A stretch of 63,983 bases of DNA, the filler included, from Gonapodya sp. JEL0774 (taxonomy: Eukaryota), in the NCBI GenBank assembly GCA_027604505.1. It is 11 parts of 11 records of this genome, joined end to end, with 100 filler letters (N's around TTAATTAATTAA, not from the genome) between each part and the next. Parts side by side here need not be neighbours in the genome. Positions count along the whole stretch, not along the records: positions 23,494 to 29,246 come from JADIIX010000676.1; positions 29,347 to 35,092 come from JADIIX010000677.1; positions 35,193 to 40,915 come from JADIIX010000678.1; 8 more parts are not named here. One strand, written 5' to 3'. Below the pieces are notes generated by a model. That model searched no databases. It saw only the letters and a list, made by a program, of their open reading frames with translations, and was not told where the DNA came from. Positions 25,314-36,919 of the stretch are shown in pieces. Both the position numbers and the translations under genes were made by a program. The number at the start of each line of letters is the position of its first letter. The first letter of the stretch is position 1.

Positions 25314-26400
25314 CTATTTTACTTTACTACTTCCGCAGTGCTGCAACCTCCTCCTCATACCACATCCTCCTTGCACTAAAGTCCGAGGCCCCATATAGAC
25401 CATCGCAGTCACTGGGTTTGACACGAACACGCCCCCCAATCTGGCTCTCTCCACGTCTGAGAATCCGTCTTCCATAGCTGCTGCAAGGGCTGCAATCACC
25501 ATGTTCGACGGAGAGCCCCCATTCCGATCTGTCCCAAAGCCCTGAGCAAGAGCTTCCGCGATCTGTTCCAATCCAGTAATCCTCACAGGCTCCTGTGGGT
25601 CGGGTGTATCCTGTCTCTTGTGTTTGCGTGTTGTGGGTGCTGCACTCCGGTGAGCACTCACGTCCGAATCCCAGCGCAGCAACACGGAGGTTGGTGTTGG
25701 TGTGCGCAATGAATCAGGATGTGTTGCAGTGTCTGTATGTTGAGTTTCAGCCATGCCGAACACATTTAGTAAAAAACGTTGTGACACATACCTTCAACTT
25801 CCCCTTCCAGCACATATTCAATTTCTCCTGCGTCAACTCCTTGTGCCCCAATGCCAGGATCGTCCTCAATTGGTGGGAGGTCCAGAGCACTTGCCGCAAA
25901 CTCCCCGACCGCCTTCGTGTCAGACCATAGCTTGTCCGCCTCGATGAAGAGAGGCCACCATTCTCGCGGAAAATGGACGCCAAAGGATGGTGCTAGATAC
26001 CATTTTAACTAAATTGTGAAATCCAGTCGCTGACAAAGAACATTGAGAAAACCTCACCTTTACGAACTCGTCCCAGGATTCCGGCACCATCGTGATAATG
26101 CAGGGCTTCCCTGGTACAGTTCCTGCACCAGAACTATCTCTGGCTTTGCAGAATGTTGTATATATCCACACTTGTTGAAGTCGGCAACAATGCTCGACCA
26201 CAACTTGGTGAACTTGCCAGCGGATTGTTTCGGCGCCCAGTGATTCAGTGTCTCCAGGAGCTTCAACTCCCTCTCTTGAACTCCCTACTTCGCCCTATCG
26301 TTGCCCGCGTCCCCTTGTCCGTCCTCGTCGCCCGCTTTTGCTTTTTACCTTTGTTGATTTTTGGGGCCTGTGCGCTTGAAGGAGCTGCCTTTGGGGGCAT
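25314..26400 (-). pseudogene. Harbinger ORF2 (Myb/SANT-like DNA-binding protein), spliced and frame-disrupted
   Basis: Starts MPPKAAP..., then ELKLLETLNHWAPKQSAGKFTKLWSSIVADFNK. It is convergent with the transposase inside the TIRs, as expected for Harbinger ORF2. The 3' end is approximate. Confidence 0.6.
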
Positions 26401-26766
26401 TTTTGAGGTGGATTGTGGATAGTATGGTGAAAAATTGTTTCAAAAATCGGCCCCAGACGTCGTTATTCGGCTCCACCTGAATAATCGATTATTCAAACAC
26501 AACCATTTTCATTTTGTGCGGTGCCGAACACCCAAAATAATTCACTTTCACCAATAATTGATTATTCTACAAATAATCGATTATTTGTGCCCCCAAAAAC
26601 CGGTGCCGTACGGGCCCAAAGAGTGTGGGAAAGGGCTTGTATGTCAATCTGGGTGTGGTGAAGGGCATAATTTGTACGCTCAGTTGTGTGCACAGAAAAA
26701 AATATAGATAAGCAACCCAACATCCATCTCAACACCAGACACTATACTCATGGCTCAAATTAATAA

Positions 26767-27477
26767 TTATGCCTGGCAGTTCCTGACAATCTGGTTGCAA
26801 ACTCTCCACCTCCTGGTTTTAAGGTTACTTTTGATCCTCCTGGTGATGGTAATTGTTTCCAAACTGCAATTGAAAGGGCTGTTGACTACACAACATCTGC
26901 TGAAGATCTTTGCTCTCTATCTACAGTGGAGCTGCATACAAACTGGAGCAAGTATGCATCACATGCTATACCAAATATGAATAAGTTGTGCCCAGCCTGC
27001 TGGATAAATAAGCATTCTCAGCCAGGAACTTACTATGTTGATGCTAGCATTGCTGCTGTTGTCAATGCTACTCAGCTTGGCTTCAGAATTTTTCAGAGAG
27101 TTAGTCCCACTCAATTTCTGGCAACCATTATTAGGCCTCAAGCAGTTGCACCCAAGAAACTTATTTATCTCCTACTTTATGGAGTGGGAGAAGGTGCTCA
27201 TTTTGTGTTGATCGATCCTCTTTTTGGAAACCACATTTTAACATCAACCACTGTTCTGGCTACTTCAGGACCTTATACAGTAGAGGGCATTGGTGAACCT
27301 CTTCCAAATGAGCCAGATAATACAGATATGGGAAGTAGCACTTCTGAATTGCAACAAAGCAGGAAATGTGCCTGGACTGTAATGAAGAAGAGGACGTTGA
27401 AGTATGTTCACCTTTTTGTAACTAGTCTCTTAGTGGTTTCTGTAACTAAACCTCTTTCAGGTGTTAACCTCACTTGA
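26767..27477 (+). pseudogene. OTU-family cysteine protease domain within the Dada-like element
   Basis: The frame of ORF 26926 is open upstream and reads FDPPGDGNCFQTAIERAV (PGDGNC at 26839-26856), followed by LIYLLLYGVGEGAHFVLI. These match the OTU Cys and His boxes. Confidence 0.72.
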
Positions 27478-27565
27478 AGAATTTTCTGCTGAATTGTTTT
27501 AAAGATCTCCCCATACCCTATTTAAAAAGCATGCACCAAACCCAATCTCTCATGCTGACCCATCA

Positions 27566-29070
27566 GTGCAAAGATCTTCAAGTTTGCCAGCATTGTCAGT
27601 GCATCAGTCAGATTCTCTAGCAATGTACCCAACTTTTAGGAATACTGATAACACTGCTGCTGGTGGCATTAAGAAGAGTCTTGCTAGTGAAGCAGCTCCA
27701 ATTACATATCCACTTATTTTTGCAGCTGAGATGTCGGTGGATGAAAATCCACATTTTGAGGATGATCATGGATCTGATGATGAACTAGGAGAAGATGAAA
27801 ATTCTATTCAACGCAAAGTAAGTTTCTTCAAACAGAAGTCACTTCTGTTAGCTGCTGATGCTCTTTATGTTGCCAAAGTGCTTCTTGAGGAGAGCATAAA
27901 GATGATATTCAATCAAGTTGCTTCAAAAAGTGGTATTTCCTACAAAAACATTCAGGAAGGGAAATTCTGGGTCCTCCCAAGTAGTGGTTTCATTGCTACT
28001 GTAAAGTCACCATTTCAGGATGCAAATCCAAATGCATACTGTCAACGCTCTCTTTTTATGTGGTTCCCATACATATTTGTTCCACATTTTACCTTGCACT
28101 GTCCTCATTGTGGTAGCCACAGAACATCTACATTTGGAGGATCCAATCCTCCAGCAAGGAGAATCCACAACTTCGATGGTTGCTTTTATCTGGTTGGATA
28201 CCATCACAAGTGCAATGATTGCAAGTGCGGCTTTATGAATACAGATAAACAAGTCATTTCAAAATTACCACTCTATATGCAACTTGAATTTCCAGCACTT
28301 CTACGTAAGTGCAATGGAATGTCTACTGCTTGTGCTAAGATGATTTCTGCAATGGTTAGCAATGGAGTCTCAATGGCAAAAATCCACTCCATCCTGCACT
28401 ACTCTGGCACATACTGAGGCAGAGGCTTGCTATCATGATTGCCTCAGAGACCTAAAAGAGCATAATATCACTCTTCAAGTCCGGGACAACTATGAGCCAC
28501 CTCTCTTCCCACACTTTGGTGACAAAAAAATGTTTGATGGTGTGATTATGTCTTGTGAGTGCATTTTCGGCTCCAGTAGTTATAAACCTTCCAAAATTTT
28601 TGTTGCACACAGCCAACTACATATCAGCTTCATATATGGATCTAGCATTAAGGCGTAAGCCCATGCTTGAGGCATTTATGTGGAGACTCCCATGTGAAAC
28701 TTTAGGAAAGGTTCACACCTTTAAGGTGAGTTTCTTGAACAGTTCATTGTCACAAACAAGGCTTAAAAACATCTGTAATGTAGGTCTTAAAGCAGATTTC
28801 ATTGTGGAATCATGTGCCAATGTTTAAGGCAGGATTAACCCTTACTGCCAATTGAGGGTGTTTATCAGACAGTTCAGATTTACCCCAACAGCTGGCCATA
28901 ACTATTCTGATGAGCTTTTAGATAATGTGAAAGCTACAATTGATGCGTACAACCTTCCACAACCAAGAGTATTTTTCACGGATGATGTAAGAAAGGACAG
29001 AGCCATTGTTGCTGCCAAGTTTCCCTCTCTCTCTGTTGGTGTAGTGGATGCTCCTAAGAAGTCAAATCTG
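27566..29070 (+). pseudogene. Dada-like/DUF6729 transposase remnant
   Basis: FMWFP..LHCPHC..ARRIHNFDGCFYLVGYHHKCNDC..F..D..VISKLPLYMQLEFPALL, then GKVHTFK|VLKQI and PRVFFTDDVRKD..FPSL. Introns at about 28555-28611 and 28726-28782. Several frameshifts. Confidence 0.7.
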
Positions 29071-29246
29071 TTCAGATATGGGTGGTTTGGCATTTCTGAT
29101 GGCTCTAGCGCCACGGGGAGTTGGAATTCGGGGATAATAAATGGAGCAAAATTACTTTTCGTAAAATTTTCTACAAGTTTGTCCTTTACAGTTTTGTTCT
29201 AGCGTTATTGGTTAGTGAGCTACACTAGGGAACGTGGGTAACTTGG

Positions 29247-29346
29247 NNNNNNNNNNNNNNNNNNNNNNNNNNNNNNNNNNNNNNNNNNNNTTAATTAATT
29301 AANNNNNNNNNNNNNNNNNNNNNNNNNNNNNNNNNNNNNNNNNNNN
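29247..29346. other. Artificial scaffold spacer
   Basis: N44-TTAATTAATTAA-N44. Confidence 0.98.
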
Positions 29347-30386
29347 GGAAAGTGCAACAAATTCTGATAAAGAGTGGTGCGCCACACAAGCCTCAGCGGA
29401 ACGATTGTCCGCACATTTTTGACTCAGGAAAGCAAAGGAATCCACGCGTTCTGAAGGAGGATAAACGCATAAGCCGCAGGAGAGGAGACGAACGGTGAGA
29501 ATCGGATGATGATCCTGGAAGGTGTCAGTTGGACGGTCACAGCACGAGGAGGAAGGCGAGCGAAGACTGGAAGGAGGAGATACGCGGAGATCCCGGATGG
29601 ATGCTCGCGCACTTAAAAGTGACCGGCATGTATGCTCATAGTTTGAAGGGGGTGTAAGGTGGAGACTTTTCGGGTTGGCGTGAGCTGACGGGACGACGAC
29701 AGGGGCGAAGCCTTATCCTCACAAACGGGAGAGTTGTACCGGCGAACAGGGCGTGGGAGTGCACTCACTGATGAGTTATACTCACGCAACAGATGGCGAG
29801 ACATCGTGGGCGGAGCGGGGTTTGACTGATGACATGCCATAGTCAATATTGGAAGAGCACAAAGGAAACGGAAGTGGGCTCGTTCGACCGGGAGTCCATA
29901 CATGACGCATCTGAGGAGACGGAATTTTGCTCGAGGAGGTAAAGTGGAATTGAAGAGGCTTTCGCGCGCCCAACTACCAATGCACACGTGGCTTTATACC
30001 AGCTGAGACGAGGGAACGAGAATGTCGCTGGAGCAAAAGCGAAGCGCACACTCAATGGAAGGATGGCTCGCCGTTTTGTGCACGGAGCTACTACTTAAAC
30101 GGACGGTACTGACGGTAGGGTGGTGACTGGCGTTGTGGTGCTCGATGCAAAACTGGAGCAACTCCAACAAGCGACCGACACACATGTGAAGGTTAAACCG
30201 GAATGAATTTAAACAAGATTCGCAGCTCGGCCTCCGTGCCCCATTACAGGAGGATGAGGGGACACTTGGTTGAGAATCGCTCTCATTGCAGGTTGCACTA
30301 ACAAGATCATTGTTCTCTTTAGAATCTCAGTCGTCAACGGCACCTCTTGTTCTGCCCCTTTGGCTCCCGGTCCACCAGTCTCCCAG

Positions 30387-33107
30387 ATGCTCGCATCCTC
30401 CCATCAAAATGCACAACCTATTCAACTAAAGCAAAGCCCTGGTCCATCTCAGTCTCCCGCACATTCCCAGGCGACCACCACCAACAACTACAACATAAAT
30501 TTGAATCTCGTAATGCCCGCCCACGGCATTGAAGACTCTCTACGCGCCGCAGCTGCTGCAGCACTTGCGAGCGTTGAAGCTTTAGCGGGACCCAAGCACG
30601 AAGCTCCTGAGGCTTTACAGGGCAAGGCGGCCCAGTGGACGCATCATGTTGGCAATCTGGATGACGTGCAGGCTTTGGAAGCACCGCCGCCGTACTCGCC
30701 GCCCACTCCTGCTCCCACCCCTGCACCGTCATCTCCATCCCATGGCGTGGAGCAGAGAGCACCAAATCGTTCCTTACCTGTCATGAATCCGCCTGAAGTG
30801 GCACACCCAAACTCATCGACAGGGCCGATGTGGGTGCCTCATTTGTGCTCACAGATAACTGGCTAATCGCAAACATCTCATCCATTCACGTCCACCCTGA
30901 TGCAGCTCTCCTATCATTCCCTCCCACCCCCTCCCATATAAACCCATCCCCTGTCCACCTCACATCCCTCATGTCATCTATTCCTCGCGCCCAGACCTCC
31001 TCTCTACCATCTCCGTAGACCCTGCCTTGTCCCTCTCTGCATCCACAAATGGTAGTGCCCGATCCGTTCCCACTGCATTCTCTTCGTCCTCACCGTCGGC
31101 TGCCACGGTCTCCGTAACTCGGCCACCTTTTGACTTCTTCGACATGCTCCTCCCTGCGTGGCAAGCTACGGTCGTCCTCTTTCTCCTATTCGGCCCGCCG
31201 TTCTTTCCTGCCGCTTTGATAGTTTTCCACGTTGTCACCGTCGGTGTGGTCACCGCAGGAAATTATCGCAACGCATGGAAATGGGTCCGGGCAGCGAATG
31301 AGATTGTCAGGAAGCTTCGCGGGGCGGCGACGAAGTTCGAGGCAAACGAGCTGGCCGGCGGTGAAAGTGCTCCTGATGCCGAGGAAATCAATTCCCCGCA
31401 TCCCATGCTCCACCTTCTCCTTCTTCCAAACTACAACGAACCGGTGGACCTGCTGCGCCGCACACTGTCGCATCTTGCTCTGCACACTCCTTCTCTGCGA
31501 TCACGATATGTGGTGGTGCTCGCGATGGAAGCTGCAGAAAGGGGCGCGGAGGGAAAGGCGAGGGCACTCATTGAGGAATTTGGAGATGCTTTTGGTGAAG
31601 TGTGGGTGACTAGACATCCCAGAGGTGTTGTTGGTGAAGCTGTTGGGAAGCACACCAACAGTAAGTTGCCCTAATGGGTTCGAATGTTTGTAACCATCGC
31701 ACTCATGGCGCGTGGTATCTCCTTCACTATTCCCAGCCAATTGGTCTGCACGCGCATGTACACGCGAGCTCATGCAACGCTCGATCCCGCTCACCCATGC
31801 AACATTGACCATCCTCGACGCTGACGCCCTTCTTCCCGCCCTCTACATCCCTGCCCTCGAAGCTGCAATGTTTCACCCCTCAAATGCCGACCCATACTAC
31901 AGCTACTACTGCCCTCCAACCTTCTTTGGCCGCAACTGCCATGACGTTCCTGCTGTTGTGCGAGCGACCGATAACGGGTGGTGCATGATGCATGCACAGA
32001 ACCTGAAGACGGCTGCTGGGGTGGCCTTCCCTTGCTCGAACTACTCGGTGCCGGTCGTGTTGGCAGAGCGCGTAGGATACTGGGATACAGGGTTCGAGGC
32101 TATCGGAGAAGATATGCATATGGGGTTGAAATGCTGTTTCGAGACCGAGTTTCGGGCGAGGGGTGTACCTGTTTGGTAGGTTGTCTTCACTGCTGCTGTG
32201 CTCTGTAAGCAATCGAAAGTTGAAAGATCATATTTCGCAATCTTCCCTCAGGATCCCCATCAACTGTTGTAACGTTCAAGCACCCACCCACATTGGAACT
32301 GTGCACGCCCGATGGACGCAAGCCGTGAGGCATTACTATGGACACGCTGATCTGGCGTACGTGCTACGTGCTACATGGAAGCAAATTCATGCAGGGATAG
32401 TTGAGACTGTCTGGGGTGCTAAGGGATTACCAACTGCAGCGGGGGAGAAGCAACACGAAGATGGAGATTTGGCGCCAATGAAGACTCGAACCCCATATGA
32501 TCCACCATCAGACGACCCACTCGCGCTGCCCAAGCCCCAACTACCTCCCTACCGCCGCAACCCGAACTGGTGGAGTCGTCTCGGTGGGAAACTTGTCGCA
32601 GTCGCTGCCCTTGCCGAGTCGCACTTCATGCCTTTCCCCGTCGTTGTTCTGACTGCACTTACTGGACCTTTACTGGACCTTTGGGGGGCACATGCAGTGC
32701 TCACCGCATACCCTAATGCGCTATGGGCGTACGAGCGGCTGCCGTACCTTGCTTTCGCTACTGCTGCACCTGGGTTGATGAATTTCGCTTATTACGAGGT
32801 CTACCACCGTGGAGTATATGGAGCCATGGAACGCATGGGATACGAGGGCAGACGATGGGCACATGAGGCGAGGCCCCGTGATTGGGGGGATCTGGTCGAC
32901 TACTTGGTTAGCCCCTTGAGTGCATTTTTCTTCATGGTGAGTCCTCACAGGTCTGTGGAGCGCAAATTGAGTATGTAAATGACTGACTTTATTATCTCGA
33001 TCAAGACACTGCCGAGCTGTGTCGCTGTGCTTAAGCGGTTCTGGACGGCAGGACGGGCACAGGAGTACATCGTCGGCGCGAAAGATCTCAAGAAGAGCAA
33101 AAAATGA
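30387..33107 (+). CDS. Membrane glycosyltransferase family 2 protein, multi-exon
   Basis: HLLLLPNYNEP..LRRTL, VLAMEAAE, HPRGVVGEAVGKHTN, LTILDADA (DxD), PCSNYS, WDTGFEAIGEDMHMGLKC, ARWTQAVRH, flanked by TM segments. Start is tentative. Confidence 0.82.
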
Positions 33108-33448
33108 ATGGACCCTGATCTGACGCTGTGGAACTGGTGGAGGTCCTGCAGCCAGTAATATCTTCAACTTCTTATTGGACATCTTTTGTTCGGTTTCCCT
33201 GAATTAGTTCTATCACTTGTTTGCTCTCTCGATTCCCTTTTGCGAACTGGTCGACGTAGCATTGGATGTGAGTTTCCTATTAGATACATAAAGGCACGTC
33301 GTTGTTGTGGGCATTATTGATGGTGGGAGAGATTGATTTTGCTAAGAGAGCGTGGGAATGGGGACGTTGCACATTGTACAGTTTCGTCTACGTTAGTATG
33401 AAAATAATTCTGGTGACGCGATTATTGTGAGTTCGCCGCGGAGTAAGA

Positions 33449-35053
33449 TGTCAAGGGTATATGCATTTGATGGGGCACCTTCGTTTCTTACGCTAAGGAA
33501 ACCTTTCATCCCCCGCTTCACTTTATCCCGCAACAAAGATGCGAACACAGCACGCCCTCAAACCCTTGGATTCTTATTTGGAGGCTGGCCTTCAACTCCA
33601 CGCAGAGGAAAACGGCTCGGTTCTGTGGATTGGTTCGTTCTAGAAGATTTGTAATCAATGTCGGGACTTGCACGCCGATCACGATGAGCGTTTCCGTCCA
33701 GTTTTCAACAGACCAGATCGGATGAATGCCATCAACTGGCAGATGTCAACAGCGTTGCAATCTATATGTGGTACGTAGGATCGGATCGATTCGGAAGCGG
33801 GGCAGTCAAACAGTAGCCTCGGAATGAAATCCCCCTCGTTCCTCCCAGACTCCTTGATGCTGGACCGCACTATTCGCGTTGTTGTTTTTGCTGGAAATGG
33901 AAGGAACTTTAGTGCCGGGTTAGTGGTCAAACGGTTCTGCTTCGTGAAGGACTGAATCTGAAAATGATGATCCCATATGCGACCAGGCTCGACTTCACCG
34001 GCCAGCCCAGTGAAGTGACCGACGTCGCTGGTCCGAGATTCTGGGGACAAAGAAACTGGAGTATGGTAACACAGAAGGTCAAGGTAAGGATGAGTGAATT
34101 AAAGAGGCACGAGTTACCGCATCTAGAGTCTCTCCTCACATTGTTCGCTCGTAAACCAGAACTTGACTCAAGCGACGATTGCTTGCGTTCACGGCCCCCT
34201 CACGGGTCTCGGCCTCGCTACCGCGCTGGCCTGTGACGTCCGGGTAAGTTCACACTGGGGAGGCTCTCCGCCCCATCTTTATGTAAACGTCACTCAACGG
34301 TGCGAGAAGATCGCGTCTCCTACTTTCCGGTGCTCGATAGGAGCCAACCGTCTGGGTCTCTCAGGTGGTGACATCGGGTTGTCGTGGCTGCTCCGATCAC
34401 TAGCAGGATCAAGCAACGCCAATGTCCTGCTGATGACGCATAGATGGATGGATGCAGGTGAGTTCTTTGCTCAGATAACGTGAAGCTTACAAGACTCACT
34501 CATGGCCGTCTAATCAAAAACATAGAAAAGGCGCTGCGAACCGGTTTGGTCTCAGAAGTTGTTACGTCTGATTCGCAAGAAGTACTGAGGGAAGCCGGGC
34601 GTACGATGGCCAAGGATAGTAAGTGTTCAAATTCGGAGGTTTGTTTCCTGGATGATGTGTCAATGGATGGGAGTTTCCTCTGCAATAACTTAGTGCTCGA
34701 GCTGAGCACACCGGGTTTGCTGTACACAAAACAAGTGGTGCTTGTTTCGGAGGTGCGTTGTACTACTTGATGACACTGCAGTCTTGAGGTCACCACTTTC
34801 GGACTGACCAACTTTGTCGGGACAGAATAACTCGACCCTCCAAGCTTCAATGATTGCGTAAGTTGATGTTTTCCTGCGTATACTGAGTCTTCAAACCCAC
34901 CATCATCGTGATCTATCTGTTAACAGTGAGGACTCTGCTCAAATGGCTTCTTTAGCCGATCCAGAAGCTCAAGAATACAGCCAAAAATTCCGCAATAAGA
35001 TTATCAAGGGTCGAGATTCAAGCTCCTTCACTTCAACTTTATCCAAACTTTGA
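33449..35053 (+). CDS. Enoyl-CoA hydratase/isomerase (crotonase) family, multi-exon; start approximate
   Basis: RPDRMNAINWQM, IRVVVFAGNGRNFSAG|LD, ATIACVHGPLTGLGLATALACDVR, GLSGGDIGLSWLL, MDA|EKALRTGLVSEVV, GLLYTKQ. Confidence 0.85.
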
Positions 35054-35092
35054 ATTGGAATCTGAAATACAGATCTCTTTGTCGCCGTTTCT

Positions 35093-35192
35093 NNNNNNNN
35101 NNNNNNNNNNNNNNNNNNNNNNNNNNNNNNNNNNNNTTAATTAATTAANNNNNNNNNNNNNNNNNNNNNNNNNNNNNNNNNNNNNNNNNNNN
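35093..35192. other. Artificial scaffold spacer
   Basis: N44-TTAATTAATTAA-N44. Confidence 0.98.
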
Positions 35193-36239
35193 AGTGCCAG
35201 TTGTTCCCTTAACTCCCTGGCTTTCGCATTCGTAGGGTCGAAAAAGGTTGCATCATGTTGGTTTTTGTCTTTCGCTTCGTGGTGATGGGAATCGTGGTTG
35301 TGTTCGGAGTTATTTGCTACTGAGGCAGTTCCGTTTGTCTGACAAGAATAAATTCCGAAGTCGTGTCGGTGTTTCTGAAGATAACAACGTCGAATGAAAA
35401 TGTAACAGTCACCTGCTCGGGACTGTGGGCGGCATCGGCCACCCTGCGGCGGTTTCCTACATTAAATATTTTGGTTCGAAAACCTTTACGCAATAATGGA
35501 GGGTAGAGGGGTAATTGCACTACAGTTTTTGAATTTTGTAACACCGGCTGCTTCAGTCTTGTACTCACCCATCCAGGACAGGAAACGTTTCAATTTATGG
35601 CTAATATCTGCGAGGATGTTCACTCAAGGAACTGGAAGCACTCTGAAAACAGGACAATGGCTTACAAGACTTCCCCCTCGCCGGGAGCCCAACCTGGAAC
35701 AAAGAGGTATTGTAGACAGCCGATATCGATAGATAAGGAAGACGGCCATACTTACCATAAAAATGACGAGCTTGGGACCTATTTCATTCCTCCGTTCCAA
35801 GTAATCTGTGAGTGAATGTGAAGATTGAGCGGGTGGTTCACATCAACGGGAAGGAGACACCGCGCTCCATCCACCTCGGCAGCAGTGCCTCACCTCTGGC
35901 TAGGCGTCTATCTTCTACAGTAAATGACATCGGCATGGGTGACGTCGATGCAAAACCCATGTCAGGATCATGCTCAGATCCTGGTTTCGCCATCACAGTC
36001 GCACGGATCCGGGCATCGTCCGGTTGAGGCGACGGAGTGGGCATCGGCGTGTTGTTCCATAGCATCTGCGTGGCGCCTATCATTGAGTGCAGATTGGACG
36101 GAGCGCTGAGGAAGGACGCTCCGTGAACTGTTGCAGCGATTCGAAGGGACGATGGTTGTGGGCGGGGAGAAAGAAGTGGAGGTGTCGAAGATCCGGGAGT
36201 CGTCGGAGGACTCGATTTCTTGCTGCTTCTTTGGCTCAT
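35193..36239 (-). CDS. PFK26: 6-phosphofructo-2-kinase (/fructose-2,6-bisphosphatase), N-terminal part, 3'-truncated
   Basis: Micro-exons splice to PKLVIFM|VGLPARGKS|YISHKLKRFLSWM|GFRTKIFNVGNRRR, then HDATFFDPTN, the hallmark PFK-2 P-loop region. The Ser/Pro-rich first exon starts at 36239. Confidence 0.88.
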
Positions 36240-36766
36240 GGTCGGGTTCACTGGTGGAAGTGATATAGCCGACTGCTGAGCTGCTGCAGGCACGGCATTG
36301 CACGCACACATCACGTGCCTGACGTCAGACCCAGGCTAGAAATCACCGATTTAGTGGTCGAGTGGGATAACGCACTTGTGCATGTATTATATGTGCTTTC
36401 TGCCCACCCTTCTATTGTGAAATAACAACGTTGCTGATCGATCGTGTCTGACCGGGCACGGATTCACTGCTCCATTTGCAAGACGAAGGCAAACCTCGTC
36501 GATCAGGTTCTGAAACTATGTGAAACGCAGTGTTTAGGATCTCTTCCAGGCTGATACACTCGGGTCGTTCTAAACATGCACTATATCGCGTTAATCCGAC
36601 CATTGTTGTGCTTTCGCCGCAGAATAATAAGGATTGTATTTATCAGAAAGTGTAGGTGTCAAGAGAATATGAAGAAAATACAAACGCAGTGGCGTGCAGC
36701 TAAGTACGAGAGGAAGAACTTCCCAAACTAAGTAAAGCTTCCGTTCCAATTTCATCAAGAGTTCCA

Positions 36767-36820
36767 ATCTCCATCCCCATCATGTGCTTATCTCCATCCC
36801 CATCATGCGCTTATCTCCAT
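36767..36820. repeat. 23-bp tandem repeat, about 2.3 copies
   Basis: ATCTCCATCCCCATCATG(T/C)GCTT twice, plus a partial ATCTCCAT. Confidence 0.8.
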
Positions 36821-36919
36821 TCGTGCGCAAAGAATAACGCCCTCTACATCTTCCGCCTATGTTGGTACGATTATGGTATGAGGCACCTGTAGGATTCACG
36901 TTTCGGTTTCCCCCACTGG

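Larger units (their letters stand above)
23763..26617. mobile_element. PIF/Harbinger DNA transposon, full length (2855 bp)
   Basis: TIRs GGGCCTGTACGGCAGTGGTTTTT (from 23763) and reverse-complement GGGCCCGTACGGCACCGGTTTTT (ending 26617), 20/23 identical. AAA flanks both ends (23760-23762, 26618-26620). Convergent transposase and Myb/SANT-like genes inside. Confidence 0.92.
23494..29246 (+). mobile_element. Decayed Dada-like (DUF6729) DNA transposon, interrupted by a Harbinger; termini not in scaffold
   Basis: AT-rich, CpG-poor coding relic on both sides of the Harbinger. It carries a Cys-rich N-terminus, an OTU domain, a DUF6729-like zinc ribbon, and (D)HTFK and FFTDD..FPSL transposase motifs. 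Confidence 0.6.
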
